This document shows, in pieces, positions 49,266 through 59,978 of a DNA stretch of 64,000 bases; position 1 is the stretch's first letter; every line of letters begins with the position of its first letter. The stretch lies in assembly GCA_011364985.1 (NCBI GenBank), contig RDOC01000006.1, positions 1 to 64,000 on the forward strand. Direction: 5' to 3'. Below the pieces are notes generated by a model. The model had not been told where the DNA came from, searched no databases, and saw nothing but the letters and a program-made list of their open reading frames with translations. Origin of the DNA: Candidatus Thorarchaeota archaeon (lineage in GTDB: Archaea > Asgardarchaeota > Thorarchaeia > Thorarchaeales > Thorarchaeaceae). The translations under genes and the position numbers were made by a program.

Positions 49266-49958
49266 TCATTTTACCGCTTCATGAATAGCAACAACTCCCA
49301 AGGACAGGTGGGTCCAGCGAACTCTTGCAAAGCCTGATTCTAGAAGTGCATTCGCTAATGATATGGGAGAATGAAATTGGCGGATTGTTTGTGATAGATA
49401 GAAATATCCCGATTTGGAGCCGGATATGAGCCTTCCAATCGGTTTCACTGCAAGGAGCACATACACATGATAGAACCATCTAATAAGGCGATATTGAGGC
49501 TGGCTAGTTTCAACGTTGATGAATATCCCGCCAGGCTTTAAGACACGGCTGAACTCTCTAAAGAATTCAAATAGGCCGACTACCGTGGAGTTGAGGTTTC
49601 GTGTTGCGAATGTGACCATCACCAAATCGAATGTTTCGTCGGGAAATGGCAATGCACCAGATTCAGCCAGAAGAAGAGCAGGCTTCTTCAAATCAGATTT
49701 TCGTGCTGCCTCCTTGATCATAGGAAATGAAAAGTCAGCAGCCACAAGCAAGGTATCTTGATCAGCATGCTTTAGCAGTTGTAACGAGGTTTCACCAGTA
49801 CCAGTGCAGACCTCAAGCCATTTTTCGTTCCCTCTTCTCGCAGCGAACTGAACAGCTTTGCGCCTCCAATACATATCTAAACCGAAGGTCAAGATGTGAT
49901 TAATTGATTCATAAGTCGAGAATATTTGAGAGAAGATATTCATGACACTCTTACTCAT
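49266..49958 (-). CDS. ubiE: UbiE/MenG-family quinone C-methyltransferase
   Basis: INHILTFGLDMYWR, EVCTGTG, LPFPDETFD and RVLKPGG motifs. Confidence 0.8.
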   Translation of the reverse strand: MSKSVMNIFSQIFSTYESINHILTFGLDMYWRRKAVQFAARRGNEKWLEVCTGTGETSLQLLKHADQDTLLVAADFSFPMIKEAARKSDLKKPALLLAESGALPFPDETFDLVMVTFATRNLNSTVVGLFEFFREFSRVLKPGGIFINVETSQPQYRLIRWFYHVYVLLAVKPIGRLISGSKSGYFYLSQTIRQFHSPISLANALLESGFARVRWTHLSLGVVAIHEAVK

Positions 49959-50002
49959 GGCGACACCTGCAGTCAGCAGCTAGTTCTTCCGAGATAAGGG
50001 AT

Positions 50003-50976
50003 TCAAAGATAACACTGTCTATTAGAAACTCCCCATCCGAATGAGGCTTTGGGCACTCGGTATACTTCCTCTGATTTGTCACAAGTGTACAAATCCTTAC
50101 GGTCGATGGCAATACACTTCAACGGTCCAACCCCCAAATCAACGACTCCAGCAAAGGTCCAGTCAGCTTTGAAAATCGCTCTGATAGTACCATTATCAGA
50201 TGTAGAATACACAGCTTTGTCATTCACTGAGATGGAGTTCGCATTATCGGAATGGCCTTCAAGCACAGACATACATTCCCATGTCTTCTTCCATACTCTG
50301 ATCGTGGTTTCAAAGGAAGAAGAATGCGAAGAGCCGATATCACCCCACCAGACCTCTCCAGAGTCGGAATAGACGAATTCATCATCAATAGCGAGAGAAA
50401 ATACATCGACATTATGCCCCAAGAGCGTCGTAATTCTTTCGAAATCCGAATGTCTGTATATGCCAACATAATTGTCAATTCTGCCAACGTAGATATGGGC
50501 ATCATCACATACAATGGCTTGTACAATATGCTGTCTAGCAGGAAATGATTTTTACTTACTTCGATTGGAGATGCCCTAAACAAACACTATATCATCAGCG
50601 GAACCCGATATCAGTTTATCATTATGATGGTATAGTGAGAAAACTGAACCTGAATGCTCCTTCAGAATGAAGGATTTCTGGAAGCTGCTTCGATCTACAG
50701 CTGCAATGAAGGTTTCATCATAGGATCCTCCAACAAAGATGTGTTTTGGACCTAAAGCTATACTCAGAAGACTTTGAATGGAAATAGCGATTGTCCTTTG
50801 TTTCTCAAGCTCATCCTTTCTCCAAACAACCAGCTCACCTGCATCCACCACGGAACAAACTTATTCATTGGTCCAGAGCGACTGCATTAATTGTCGATTT
50901 CTGTTGCAGAAAAGAATCTCCTGTAGAATTGTGCAGTTGGCAGAAGAGCCTGCAGCTTATACCTGTTGTCACTCAT
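50003..50976 (-). pseudogene. frameshifted WD40-repeat gene
   Basis: Fragments in different frames: LKEHSGSVFSL...LISGSAD, GHNVDVFSLAID and LEGHSDNANSI; internal stops. Confidence 0.75.
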
Positions 50977-51009
50977 CGAAGAATAATAGGAACCTTATGG
51001 CCCACGATT

Positions 51010-51378
51010 TTAGCACTTGTTGCACTCGCCTATTTGAAACACAATTTCTTTGCATTCTTCAAGGATGTCACCAAAGAGCTGGTAGAAATAGCGCGCTGCA
51101 TCATCAAGCCCTTCTCGGCCAAGGTCAGTCAGACTGTACTCAATTTCTCGTCCATCTCTTGTACCCACAATTAGCCCTCTGTCCTTAAGTTCCTTGAGAG
51201 CAGGGTATATGGTACCTGGTGTGGGTTTTGTGCCTCGTCGTTCTGCAATCCTCTCTGCAATCTGCTGTCCATTGAGTGAATCCCTGCTAAGTTCCCAGAG
51301 AATTTGGAATGTAAGAAAGCCTCGCATATCACAACAGTCAGGTGGGCAGCACAAATCAGGCTCCGGCTCTTCACTCAT
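51010..51378 (-). CDS. PadR-family regulator with Cys-rich termini
   Basis: PGTIYPALKEL...YSLTDLG; N-terminal CCPPDCC; ATG 51378. Confidence 0.9.
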   Translation of the reverse strand: MSEEPEPDLCCPPDCCDMRGFLTFQILWELSRDSLNGQQIAERIAERRGTKPTPGTIYPALKELKDRGLIVGTRDGREIEYSLTDLGREGLDDAARYFYQLFGDILEECKEIVFQIGECNKC

Positions 51379-51385
51379 AAGAGAA

Positions 51386-51454
51386 TATAGGATACCCGAT
51401 AGATTTAAGTATATATGTAGGACGCCCAATACATAATTTATTGGACACCCGATA
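51386..51454. promoter_or_regulatory. three 16-bp operator repeats in the PadR/arsM divergent promoter
   Basis: TATAGGATACCCGATA (51386), TGTAGGACGCCCAATA (51416), TATTGGACACCCGATA (51439). Confidence 0.7.
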
Positions 51455-51467
51455 AGAGGCGAACGTA

Positions 51468-52289
51468 ATGACAGGAACGAAAAAAGTCAGCGAAATGTCA
51501 TCTGCTGAGATTAAGGAAGCAGTTAGAAAAAGCTATGAACGAGCTGCGCAATCCACAAGAGATGATTGCTGTTCAGCATCTGCTTCCGAAACCGAGAGGA
51601 ATCACGGCACCTCAAGCTGTTGTAATCCCGAATCTGCAGAACTGAATTCGAGAACAAATCATGTAGAGGAACTTGGATATGAAGTTGTAAAGATGCCAGA
51701 TTCTGGCACCGAGTCATTTACTGAATACGCAAATCCCGTCGCAATTGCAGATCTTAAGGAGGGAGAAGTGGTTCTCGATCTTGGAAGCGGTGCTGGACTC
51801 GATATGTTTCATGCTGCAAGGAAGGTCGGTAGCACTGGTCGAGTTGTTGGAGTCGATATGACACAGGCGATGATCGACAATGCTAGAGATGGAGCTGAGA
51901 AACTTGGTCTTGATAACGTAGAATTTCGCTTGGGGGATATCGAAGAGATTCCAGTGGAAGATGAGAGCATTGATGTGATAATAAGCAACTGCGTCATCAA
52001 TTTGGCTCCCAATAAAGCCAAAGTCTTCCAAGAGGCCTTTAGAGTTCTTCGACCAGGCGGAAGAATGATGGTTTCTGATATGATTCTGGAAACAGAACTG
52101 TCTGAGGATATACGTCAGGATATATCGTGCTATGCAGGATGCATCGCAGGTGCAATCTTAGAAGAGGAGTATCTCCAACACATAAGAAACGCAGGTTTTG
52201 TAGACGTGGAGATCGTTGATAAGGTGGCTTGGAAACAGGCTTTTAATACGAGAATTGTAGCATACAAACCGAAATCAGGAAACAACTAA
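51468..52289 (+). CDS. arsM: arsenite methyltransferase
   Basis: NP...VLDLGSGAGLD, GVDMT, SNCVINL and AGCIAGA motifs. Confidence 0.88.
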   Translation: MTGTKKVSEMSSAEIKEAVRKSYERAAQSTRDDCCSASASETERNHGTSSCCNPESAELNSRTNHVEELGYEVVKMPDSGTESFTEYANPVAIADLKEGEVVLDLGSGAGLDMFHAARKVGSTGRVVGVDMTQAMIDNARDGAEKLGLDNVEFRLGDIEEIPVEDESIDVIISNCVINLAPNKAKVFQEAFRVLRPGGRMMVSDMILETELSEDIRQDISCYAGCIAGAILEEEYLQHIRNAGFVDVEIVDKVAWKQAFNTRIVAYKPKSGNN

Positions 52290-52937
52290 GATGAAATCCC
52301 ATACTAAAATGATGACCTGTGTCAAACGCCATGTTTCGATGGAGACCGGCAAGATATGTGCAATAAGGCAGAGCATCAAGAGATCCACTAAGAACGATCC
52401 AACACCAATAAATCAAGAAATCTATGAGGAGAGAGATTGGATACTCTAGTAGCCATGTTCATCTCCTAGAAATGAACCTGAGAGCATCTGCACCAACTAA
52501 CAATCAAGACACACAATTACGTTTCTTAGGTTATTCTGGGGACTAATGAGTGTCAGATTGTGCAGACCAGACCACCTGACCCTTCGACTCGAAGAACGAA
52601 GGGCAGGTGGAATCATGTGACGCAGATCTCCAGTTCATGTTTGGTATCTCTATTTGCTTTAGTGTTCATCGTAATCATAACAACCTGTTGCATGAAGGAC
52701 TGTGGCTGCAAAGATCGTGGCGCTAACAGCGGATTTGGAGATGAAGGAGTTTCATGAGCTTTTAGGATCGTAAAGGTTTGTGGAACGTGTTCATTGGTAC
52801 TTGAACTGGTACCACTACTCATCTGGATACAACACCACTGGCATGGTAACTCCATTCTCTAGAGCTTGAATTGCTCTTATCTAAAGGCCGAATTCTGACG
52901 AGGTGTGACGGTGAGGTCGATCCAGATCCGCATGGGT

Positions 52938-53396
52938 TCATATGTGGTGCCTCGATAAGCTATCAACAGCTTCTTCATTCTCATCGGCCAATGCCTCGAG
53001 CGAATAAGCTGCCTCAACTAGAAACTCCACCTTAGCTGCCGCTTCCGAATAGAATTCATGCATTTTCCTCTCAAGGCCAATAGCTATTCTCAGGATGTAC
53101 TTTTCATCTGAATTGCTAGGAATAGATATGTTCAGAAGGTAGCTATCAGAATCTAATCCGACAATTGGCTCAAGAATCATCTCTGTTGTGTTTTCTCTAC
53201 GCACTTGTTCCAAGGTCTTTAGTCGTTGCCTTCCTCTTTGAACTAAGGCCTCAAACTGAGAGGGAAGCAAGGTGTTCACGACGATTTCACGGGCCGTTTC
53301 ATAGAAGGAGATTGTCAATTGTTCCAGCTCCATTGCAAATTTGAGAATTGCACCAAAGGTTCTCAGTTCCATATCTAACCACCAATAGACACTCAT
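52938..53396 (-). CDS. ferritin-like/rubrerythrin-like helical protein
   Basis: Duplicated AMELE...FYE / AIGLE...FYS motif. Confidence 0.7.
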   Translation of the reverse strand: MSVYWWLDMELRTFGAILKFAMELEQLTISFYETAREIVVNTLLPSQFEALVQRGRQRLKTLEQVRRENTTEMILEPIVGLDSDSYLLNISIPSNSDEKYILRIAIGLERKMHEFYSEAAAKVEFLVEAAYSLEALADENEEAVDSLSRHHI

Positions 53397-54866
53397 TTAG
53401 AACCAACGTGTAATGACAACTTTGTTCTCCGTGAAGAAATCAACTGCATCTTTTCCCTGTCCATGAAGGTCGCCCATAAAGGAGTCTTTCATTCCTGAAA
53501 ATGGGAAGGTAGCAATTGGTGCGGCAATTCCAATATTTATGCCAATGTTTCCGGCCCTCACGCGATACTGATACTCCCTAGCAACACTTCCACTTGAGGT
53601 GAAAACAGATGAGGCATTCCCATATCGATTGGCATGGATGATCTCAATTGCCTCATCAAGATCCTTCACATGTATGATTGGAATGACTGGGCCGAAGATC
53701 TCCTCCTGCGCAATGGCCATATCTGGTTTGACTTTGTCAAAAACAGTAGGTCCAACGAAGTAACCATTTTCATAGTCCTTGATTTTAATACCTCGCCCAT
53801 CCAGTAAAAGCTCTGCCCCCTCCTCAAGACCCTTCTCAATGTAGCTCAATACTCTGTCCATTCCTTGCTTAGAGGCGAGAGGGCCCATTTGGACTCCCTC
53901 TTCAAGTCCATATCCTACACTGACTGTCCTAGAAGCCTCAACAATCGCTTCTTTCAAGGGTTCATAGGCATCGCCAACAGCCAGCAGCACACCACCAGCT
54001 AGGCAGCGTTGTCCTGTGCACCCATAGAAAGATGTAATGAGTGCCGGAACCGTCCTCTCCAAGTCAGCATCGGGCATCACGGTGAGGAAGTTCTTGGCAC
54101 CTCCTTGAACCTGGGCTCGTTTACTATATTCACCTGCCTTCTTGTAAAGAAGCTTTCCAACGCGTGTTGATCCTACAAAAGACATGCCTATGGTATCAGG
54201 ACTTTCCAGAAATGCATTTACTACTTCTGCATCTCCGTGGACCATATTTAGAACACCCTTTGGAAGACCAACCTTGTCGATAATCTCGAATTGGCGCACT
54301 TGGCTCATCGGGACTTGTTCTGATGGCTTAACGATGTAGGTGTTTCCGGCGCCAACAGCAAAGGGCCAAAACCAAGTGGGGACCATGCCAGGGAAGTTGA
54401 ACGGTGCAACACAGAAGAACACTCCAAGTGGCTGTTTAATGACCATTTCATCAATGCCTGCTGCAATATCCTCTGTATTATAACCCATTTGCAGAGAGGG
54501 AATGCTTGTTGCACATTCAAGATTCTCTATTGTACGACGATATTCTCCACGGGATTCGTCAATGGCCTTACCTTGTTCCATCGTGAGGATTTTGCATAGT
54601 TCTTCATAATTGTCCTCAAAGGCATCTCTAATTCGATTGAGATACCGAATCCTTGTAAAAACAGGTGTTGTACGCCACCGCCTAAAGGCTGCTTTTGCAG
54701 CTTCAATGGCTTTGTTGGCCTCCTCCGCTGTGCTCATTGGAGTTTTAGCTATGACCTCACTGGTTGCAGGATTGATCACGTCACGTGTTTCCTTCGCTTT
54801 GGATTCTACCCAACGTCCATTAATGTAGTTCTTGACAACATCCACGGCCAAGGCGCTCACTTCCAT
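53397..54866 (-). CDS. mmsA: CoA-acylating (methyl)malonate-semialdehyde dehydrogenase
   Basis: PFNFP, KPSEQVP, FVGST, GAKNF, GQRCLA and EEIFGP motifs. Confidence 0.92.
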   Translation of the reverse strand: MEVSALAVDVVKNYINGRWVESKAKETRDVINPATSEVIAKTPMSTAEEANKAIEAAKAAFRRWRTTPVFTRIRYLNRIRDAFEDNYEELCKILTMEQGKAIDESRGEYRRTIENLECATSIPSLQMGYNTEDIAAGIDEMVIKQPLGVFFCVAPFNFPGMVPTWFWPFAVGAGNTYIVKPSEQVPMSQVRQFEIIDKVGLPKGVLNMVHGDAEVVNAFLESPDTIGMSFVGSTRVGKLLYKKAGEYSKRAQVQGGAKNFLTVMPDADLERTVPALITSFYGCTGQRCLAGGVLLAVGDAYEPLKEAIVEASRTVSVGYGLEEGVQMGPLASKQGMDRVLSYIEKGLEEGAELLLDGRGIKIKDYENGYFVGPTVFDKVKPDMAIAQEEIFGPVIPIIHVKDLDEAIEIIHANRYGNASSVFTSSGSVAREYQYRVRAGNIGINIGIAAPIATFPFSGMKDSFMGDLHGQGKDAVDFFTENKVVITRWF

Positions 54867-54917
54867 GTCGGAAAGTTGCTATCACCCTGTTGTCTATATG
54901 ATTCTTGTGCCCTAGCT

Positions 54918-56135
54918 TCAATCGAGATGAATGAACTCTACGGCATTATCTTCACAGACTACAGCACAAAGACCACAGCCATCACACTTGTCAGGATTGA
55001 CTATCGCAACCTTCTCTCGCATCTGAATTGCTGTGAACCCTCCATCGACACAGGCGGTTACGCATTTCTTGCAGCCAGTACAATTCTCCCTGATGATTCT
55101 CGCAGCAATGGGAGGCAACTTAGCTAAGGCGGCCCAACTTGTTATTTTGGGGAGAGCCTTTCCAACCATTGATTCAAGTGATTCATACCCCTTTCTATCC
55201 ATGAATTGAATCAAGCCCTCCGTGATGGGTTTGATAATACCAAATCCATGCCACATCACTGCGGTGCAGACCTGAAGAGTTCTAGCACCAACCATGATGT
55301 ACTCAATGGCGCTTTTCCAGTCCTCAATACCACCTATACCAGAGATCAGCATTTCGGGAAGTGCCTTGGCAATCTGGGACACAAAACGAAGGCCTACTGG
55401 TCTAATAGCAGGGCCGCAGAATCCTCCATAAGTACTGAGCTGTTCACTACGATTTCCTCCATACGCAATAGGAAGAGGGGTCGCTGTTTCAATATCAATT
55501 CCGACCAGTGATTCCAACGTGTTGATTGCAGAAATCGCATCAGCACCCCCCTTGGCTGCGGCTTTAGCAATCGGAACAATGTCCGTCACGTTCGGAGTCA
55601 GTTTCACCAGAATAGGAAGGTCAGTTCCCTTCTTGGCTGCACGTGTTACCATCTCCACGAGAGAGGGATCCTGTCCGATGAAGGCGCCCATATGTTCCTC
55701 TGGAGAGCCATGCGGGCACGAGACATTTATCTCGATTGCATCGACTCCGGTCCGAGACATTGTTTCAGCTAGTTCCGTCCAGCCTTCAGGTGAAGGACCA
55801 CTCATAATACTCGCGATTAGCACGAAGTCTTCAGGCGCCTCTTTCTTAATCTTGGGTAGCCAGTCTTTGGTCCATGTAGACAGGGGCGTCCTAGTAAGAA
55901 GCTCGATATTGTTCATTCCAATGGCTTTACCGTTCATTCGAAGCACACCTAAGCGTGTACGCGGATCAACGGTAGGTTCATGTGTGACAGTCTTCATCGT
56001 AGCCCCGCCCCAGCCAAGTCGAGCTGCTCTTAGAATATGACGAGCATCCATTGTTGGAGGCGCCGATGAGAGTATTAATGGATTCTTGAAAGAAATCCCC
56101 GCAAATTCTATCGCCAGACGGTTCTGTGTCAACAA
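54918..56135 (-). CDS. preA: dihydropyrimidine dehydrogenase PreA subunit
   Basis: NPLILSSAPPT, NNIEL, NVSCPHG, KLTPN and GPAIRP; two C-terminal CxxCxxCxxxC motifs. Confidence 0.92.
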   Translation of the reverse strand: MLTQNRLAIEFAGISFKNPLILSSAPPTMDARHILRAARLGWGGATMKTVTHEPTVDPRTRLGVLRMNGKAIGMNNIELLTRTPLSTWTKDWLPKIKKEAPEDFVLIASIMSGPSPEGWTELAETMSRTGVDAIEINVSCPHGSPEEHMGAFIGQDPSLVEMVTRAAKKGTDLPILVKLTPNVTDIVPIAKAAAKGGADAISAINTLESLVGIDIETATPLPIAYGGNRSEQLSTYGGFCGPAIRPVGLRFVSQIAKALPEMLISGIGGIEDWKSAIEYIMVGARTLQVCTAVMWHGFGIIKPITEGLIQFMDRKGYESLESMVGKALPKITSWAALAKLPPIAARIIRENCTGCKKCVTACVDGGFTAIQMREKVAIVNPDKCDGCGLCAVVCEDNAVEFIHLD

Positions 56136-56162
56136 TCCACTCTCCTCTAACCTAGAGTCATT

Positions 56163-57572
56163 ATGAAGGCCGCCCCTAAAGTCTTTAGGAAAGTGATTGT
56201 AACAGGATCAGTCTTAGAAAGAAGGATGATTTTGATGACTGACGAGCTTGTACCCAAAAGCCTTCGAAGGAAGTATACAGAGAAAGAAATCAGTGAGATT
56301 GAGAAAAGGTACATGGCACCTGCAGTCACTCACTACTACAGAGATCCTGTGTTATTTGTAGGAGGAGAAGGAGCTATTCTTGAGGATGTAAAAGGAAATC
56401 GATACATCGACCTCTTTGCAGGAATCTGTACGACAATCACAGGATATGGACATCCCAAGTATGTTTCCACGATAAAATGGCAAGCAGAGCGCCTAGTCTA
56501 TACAAGCTCGCTCTATGCCACAATCCCCTATGCAGTCCTAGTAGAGAAACTGGCAGAAATTGCACCAAAGGGACTTACACGTTCATTTATTGTGAACAGC
56601 GGCTCGGAGGCCAACGAAGCTGCACTCTTCATGTCCAAGAAGTTTACTAGGAATCCCTATGTTGTTGTTTGTCAGCGTGCCTATCATGGTCGTACCATGC
56701 TGACTAGAGAGATGTCAGCAGCCGGGTGGAGAACATGTCCAGAGGCGCATCCTCCTGGCGTTCGTTTTACTCCTTACGGCTACTGCTACAGGTGTCCCTT
56801 TGGAAAGGAATATCCTGACTGTGATATTGAGTGCGCACGCTATCTGCGCGAAGTCATTCGTACTCAAACCAATAATGCATTAGCTGCATTCATAGCCGAA
56901 CCGATTCAAGGTGTAGGAGGAATCATTAAGCCTCCCTCAGAGTACTTCAGAATAGTCCATGAAATCGTGAAGGAATATGGAGGTATCTATATCTCCGACG
57001 AGGTCCAGACGGGTTTTGGCAGAACAGGAAAGAAGTGGTGGGGAATCCAACACTCGAAGGTGGATCCTGACATAGTCACCATGGCAAAGGGTTTTGGCAG
57101 CGGGATCCCAATCGGTGGATTCATTGCACATCCAGATATCGCCGCTGATTATACTATGACGGATGCATTTGCAACCTTTGGAGGAAATCCGCTATCTTGT
57201 GCAGCTGCAGTGGCTGTAATCGAGATTGTGGAAGAGAGCAACTACCTAGAAAAAGCTGCCATTCTTGGAACCATGATGAAGCGTAAGTTGGAGGAACTTC
57301 AAGAAGACCATAGACTGATTGGAGATGTGCGAGGACAAGGAATGATGATTGGGCTAGAACTAGTCCGTGACAGAAACACCAAGGAACCGGCTACTCTAGA
57401 AATAGTGAAGATAATGGAAAGATGCAAAGACAAGGGTCTCCTTGTTGGCAAAGGCGGACTTGACAGCAATGTGATAAGGATACAGCCTCCGCTTGAACTC
57501 ACGGAGTCGCAGTTCGATGAATCCTGTACAATACTTGACGCTGCTCTTACTGAAGTTGAGAGAGAGCTTTGA
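56163..57572 (+). CDS. class III aminotransferase (beta-alanine aminotransferase, PydD/AGXT2-like)
   Basis: NSGSEANE, EPIQGVGG, DEVQTGFGRTG, MAKG and TFGGNP; cluster context. Confidence 0.85.
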   Translation: MKAAPKVFRKVIVTGSVLERRMILMTDELVPKSLRRKYTEKEISEIEKRYMAPAVTHYYRDPVLFVGGEGAILEDVKGNRYIDLFAGICTTITGYGHPKYVSTIKWQAERLVYTSSLYATIPYAVLVEKLAEIAPKGLTRSFIVNSGSEANEAALFMSKKFTRNPYVVVCQRAYHGRTMLTREMSAAGWRTCPEAHPPGVRFTPYGYCYRCPFGKEYPDCDIECARYLREVIRTQTNNALAAFIAEPIQGVGGIIKPPSEYFRIVHEIVKEYGGIYISDEVQTGFGRTGKKWWGIQHSKVDPDIVTMAKGFGSGIPIGGFIAHPDIAADYTMTDAFATFGGNPLSCAAAVAVIEIVEESNYLEKAAILGTMMKRKLEELQEDHRLIGDVRGQGMMIGLELVRDRNTKEPATLEIVKIMERCKDKGLLVGKGGLDSNVIRIQPPLELTESQFDESCTILDAALTEVEREL

Positions 57573-57581
57573 GATACGCCC

Positions 57582-58454
57582 TTAACCCTTCGTCAGGCTG
57601 TCATAGCTATCTGGCCTGCGGTCTCTGTAGAACTGCCATGTGTTGCGAACCTCACGAATCATATCGAGATCTATTTCGCCGACTACTAGCTCTTCCTCTT
57701 CACGCGAACCCTTTACAATGATTTGCCCTCTTGGGTCTGCAATGTAAGAACTACCGTAGAACATACCTATCTTCCAAGGTTCTTCCCCAACACGGTTAAT
57801 TGCCCCCATGAAGTATCCATTGGCAACTGCATGAGCGGGTTGTTCTAGACTCCATAGATGCTCAGATAGACCCGCAACAGTAGCTGATGGATTGAACACT
57901 ATTTCTGCACCATTCAATCCGAGGGCTCTTGCTCCTTCAGGGAAATGGCGGTCATAGCAGAGATACACTCCAACTTTCGCAATGGAAGTATCGAATATCG
58001 GATAGCCGAGATTGCCAGGTCTGAAATAGAACTTCTCCCAAAAACCAGGGTCCAAATGTGGGATATGCATCTTCCTGAATTTGCCCAGAAGACTTCCATC
58101 AGAATCAATTACAATGGCGGTGTTATAGTACACACCAACTGATCCTTCTTCATACATCGGAGCGACTAGAACAAAGTTGTTTTCCTTTGCTAGTTCACAC
58201 ATTCGATTGGATAGAGGCCCAGGAATTGGTTCTGCATACTTATACCAACGTCGATCTTGTTCAGCGCAGAAGTAAGGACCAAAGAATAGTTCCTGAAAAC
58301 AGAGAATTTGAACTCCCTGTCTTCCTGCGAGCTTCCCGAAATTCTCATGCTTCTGAATCATCTTCTCGATGTTTTCTTCGATCATCGAATCATCAGATAC
58401 TTCACCTTCCCATTTTGCCTGAACAAGGCCAACACGCACGTTTCGCATCTTCAT
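57582..58454 (-). CDS. beta-ureidopropionase (nitrilase family)
   Basis: FQELF, RKMHIP, FWEKFYF and CYDRHFPEG motifs. Confidence 0.87.
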   Translation of the reverse strand: MKMRNVRVGLVQAKWEGEVSDDSMIEENIEKMIQKHENFGKLAGRQGVQILCFQELFFGPYFCAEQDRRWYKYAEPIPGPLSNRMCELAKENNFVLVAPMYEEGSVGVYYNTAIVIDSDGSLLGKFRKMHIPHLDPGFWEKFYFRPGNLGYPIFDTSIAKVGVYLCYDRHFPEGARALGLNGAEIVFNPSATVAGLSEHLWSLEQPAHAVANGYFMGAINRVGEEPWKIGMFYGSSYIADPRGQIIVKGSREEEELVVGEIDLDMIREVRNTWQFYRDRRPDSYDSLTKG

Positions 58455-58521
58455 CGCTCCAGCTCGTAGGTCAAATCTCCATGTTATTGATACGCTTAAT
58501 AGGCATTTCCTAAAGCGATTT

Positions 58522-59949
58522 ATGGGATGCGGCCCAATGAATCAAGGAGGCGTTCCTATGATTGAATTTGATCTCATTGTGAGAAACGGGACTGTTGTCA
58601 CAGCTTCTGACAGCTATAAGGCAGATGTCGGTGTGAAAGATGAGAAAGTAGTTGCCATCTCACAGAACTTGGAAGCAGCCGCGGATACCAAGGTGATTGA
58701 TGCAAAGGGTATGTATGTATTCCCTGGGGGAATAGATGTTCATGTGCACTTCCAACTTCCATTCTCGGGAACTGTGTCTGCTGATGACTTTGAGAATGGA
58801 ACAAAGGCTGCAGCCTGCGGTGGCGTTACAACTGTACTTGACTTTGCCATTCAGACGAAAGGTCGTTCAATTATGGAGGCAATAGAAGCACGAAGAGCAG
58901 AGGCTGATTCCAAAGTCTGCGTTGACTATGGGCTGCATGCTGCCATTACTGACTGGAACGCCGATACGCAGGCAGAAATTGCCAAAATTATTGATTATGG
59001 AATTCCCTCGTTTAAAATGTTCATGATATACAAGAACGAAGGTTGGATGGCAGATGATGGTATGCTTTTCAATGCTCTTGAGATGACGGCCAAACTCGGT
59101 GGGCACATAGGAGTCCATGCGGAGAGTGTCGATGTTCTTAACATGCTGATTGAGCGTTACGCAGAGGAGAAGGAGAAATGGGGGGCATATGGACACACAC
59201 TATCGCGCCCCTGCTATACTGAGTCCGAGGCAATTATCCGAGCAATCCAGTGGGCTGAGGCCACTGGAGGCAAGCTATACATTGTACATATGTCGACAGG
59301 CGAGGGGGCAGATGCTGTTCATGCTGCAAAGCAGAGAGGCGTTCGGGTATTCGCAGAAACTTGCCCGCAGTATCTGTTACTTGACGACGAGGTCTTCAAA
59401 AGAGAGAACGGCCACCTATATGCCACGTGTCCACAAATTAAGAAACCACATGACAGTGAGCGACTTTGGAAAGGTCTTCAAAATGGAGATGTGCAGGTGT
59501 TGGCAACAGACACCTGTACATTTACAACGGAGCAGAAGGCTGCATGGAATGGAGACTTCAGGAAGATACCGTTCGGATTGCCCGGTGTTGAAACCATGAT
59601 ACCTCTCATGTACACTGAGGGGGTCGGAAAGCGCGGATTCTCAATCAATCAGCTTGTCACTCTCGTTAGCACGAACCCCGCCAAGTTGTTCGGTATGTAT
59701 CCTGATAAAGGAACCATTGCCATTGGAAGTGATGCAGATCTGCTAGTCTTTGACCCTAAAAGAGAAATCACAATTCATGCCAGGAATTTGCAGACAAATT
59801 GCGATTGGAGTCCATTTGAGGGATGGGAGCTGGTTGGATACCCCTCAATCACGATTTCAAGAGGGAAGATTGTTGCTAGGGAAGGCAAATTCGTTGGCGA
59901 AGTTGGCTATGGCACCTTCTTGAAGCGTCGGCCTTATGGAGAGATATGA
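58522..59949 (+). CDS. hydA: dihydropyrimidinase
   Basis: PGGIDVHVH, GGVTT, VHAE, ETCPQYL, NPAKLFG and GSDAD motifs. Confidence 0.94.
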   Translation: MGCGPMNQGGVPMIEFDLIVRNGTVVTASDSYKADVGVKDEKVVAISQNLEAAADTKVIDAKGMYVFPGGIDVHVHFQLPFSGTVSADDFENGTKAAACGGVTTVLDFAIQTKGRSIMEAIEARRAEADSKVCVDYGLHAAITDWNADTQAEIAKIIDYGIPSFKMFMIYKNEGWMADDGMLFNALEMTAKLGGHIGVHAESVDVLNMLIERYAEEKEKWGAYGHTLSRPCYTESEAIIRAIQWAEATGGKLYIVHMSTGEGADAVHAAKQRGVRVFAETCPQYLLLDDEVFKRENGHLYATCPQIKKPHDSERLWKGLQNGDVQVLATDTCTFTTEQKAAWNGDFRKIPFGLPGVETMIPLMYTEGVGKRGFSINQLVTLVSTNPAKLFGMYPDKGTIAIGSDADLLVFDPKREITIHARNLQTNCDWSPFEGWELVGYPSITISRGKIVAREGKFVGEVGYGTFLKRRPYGEI

Positions 59950-59978
59950 AAGAGCGGAATCACATTGTTAATCGGAAT

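Noticed and set aside
52290-52930. Long intergenic region with short ORFs
   Set aside because: No motif, structure or repeat that can be supported.
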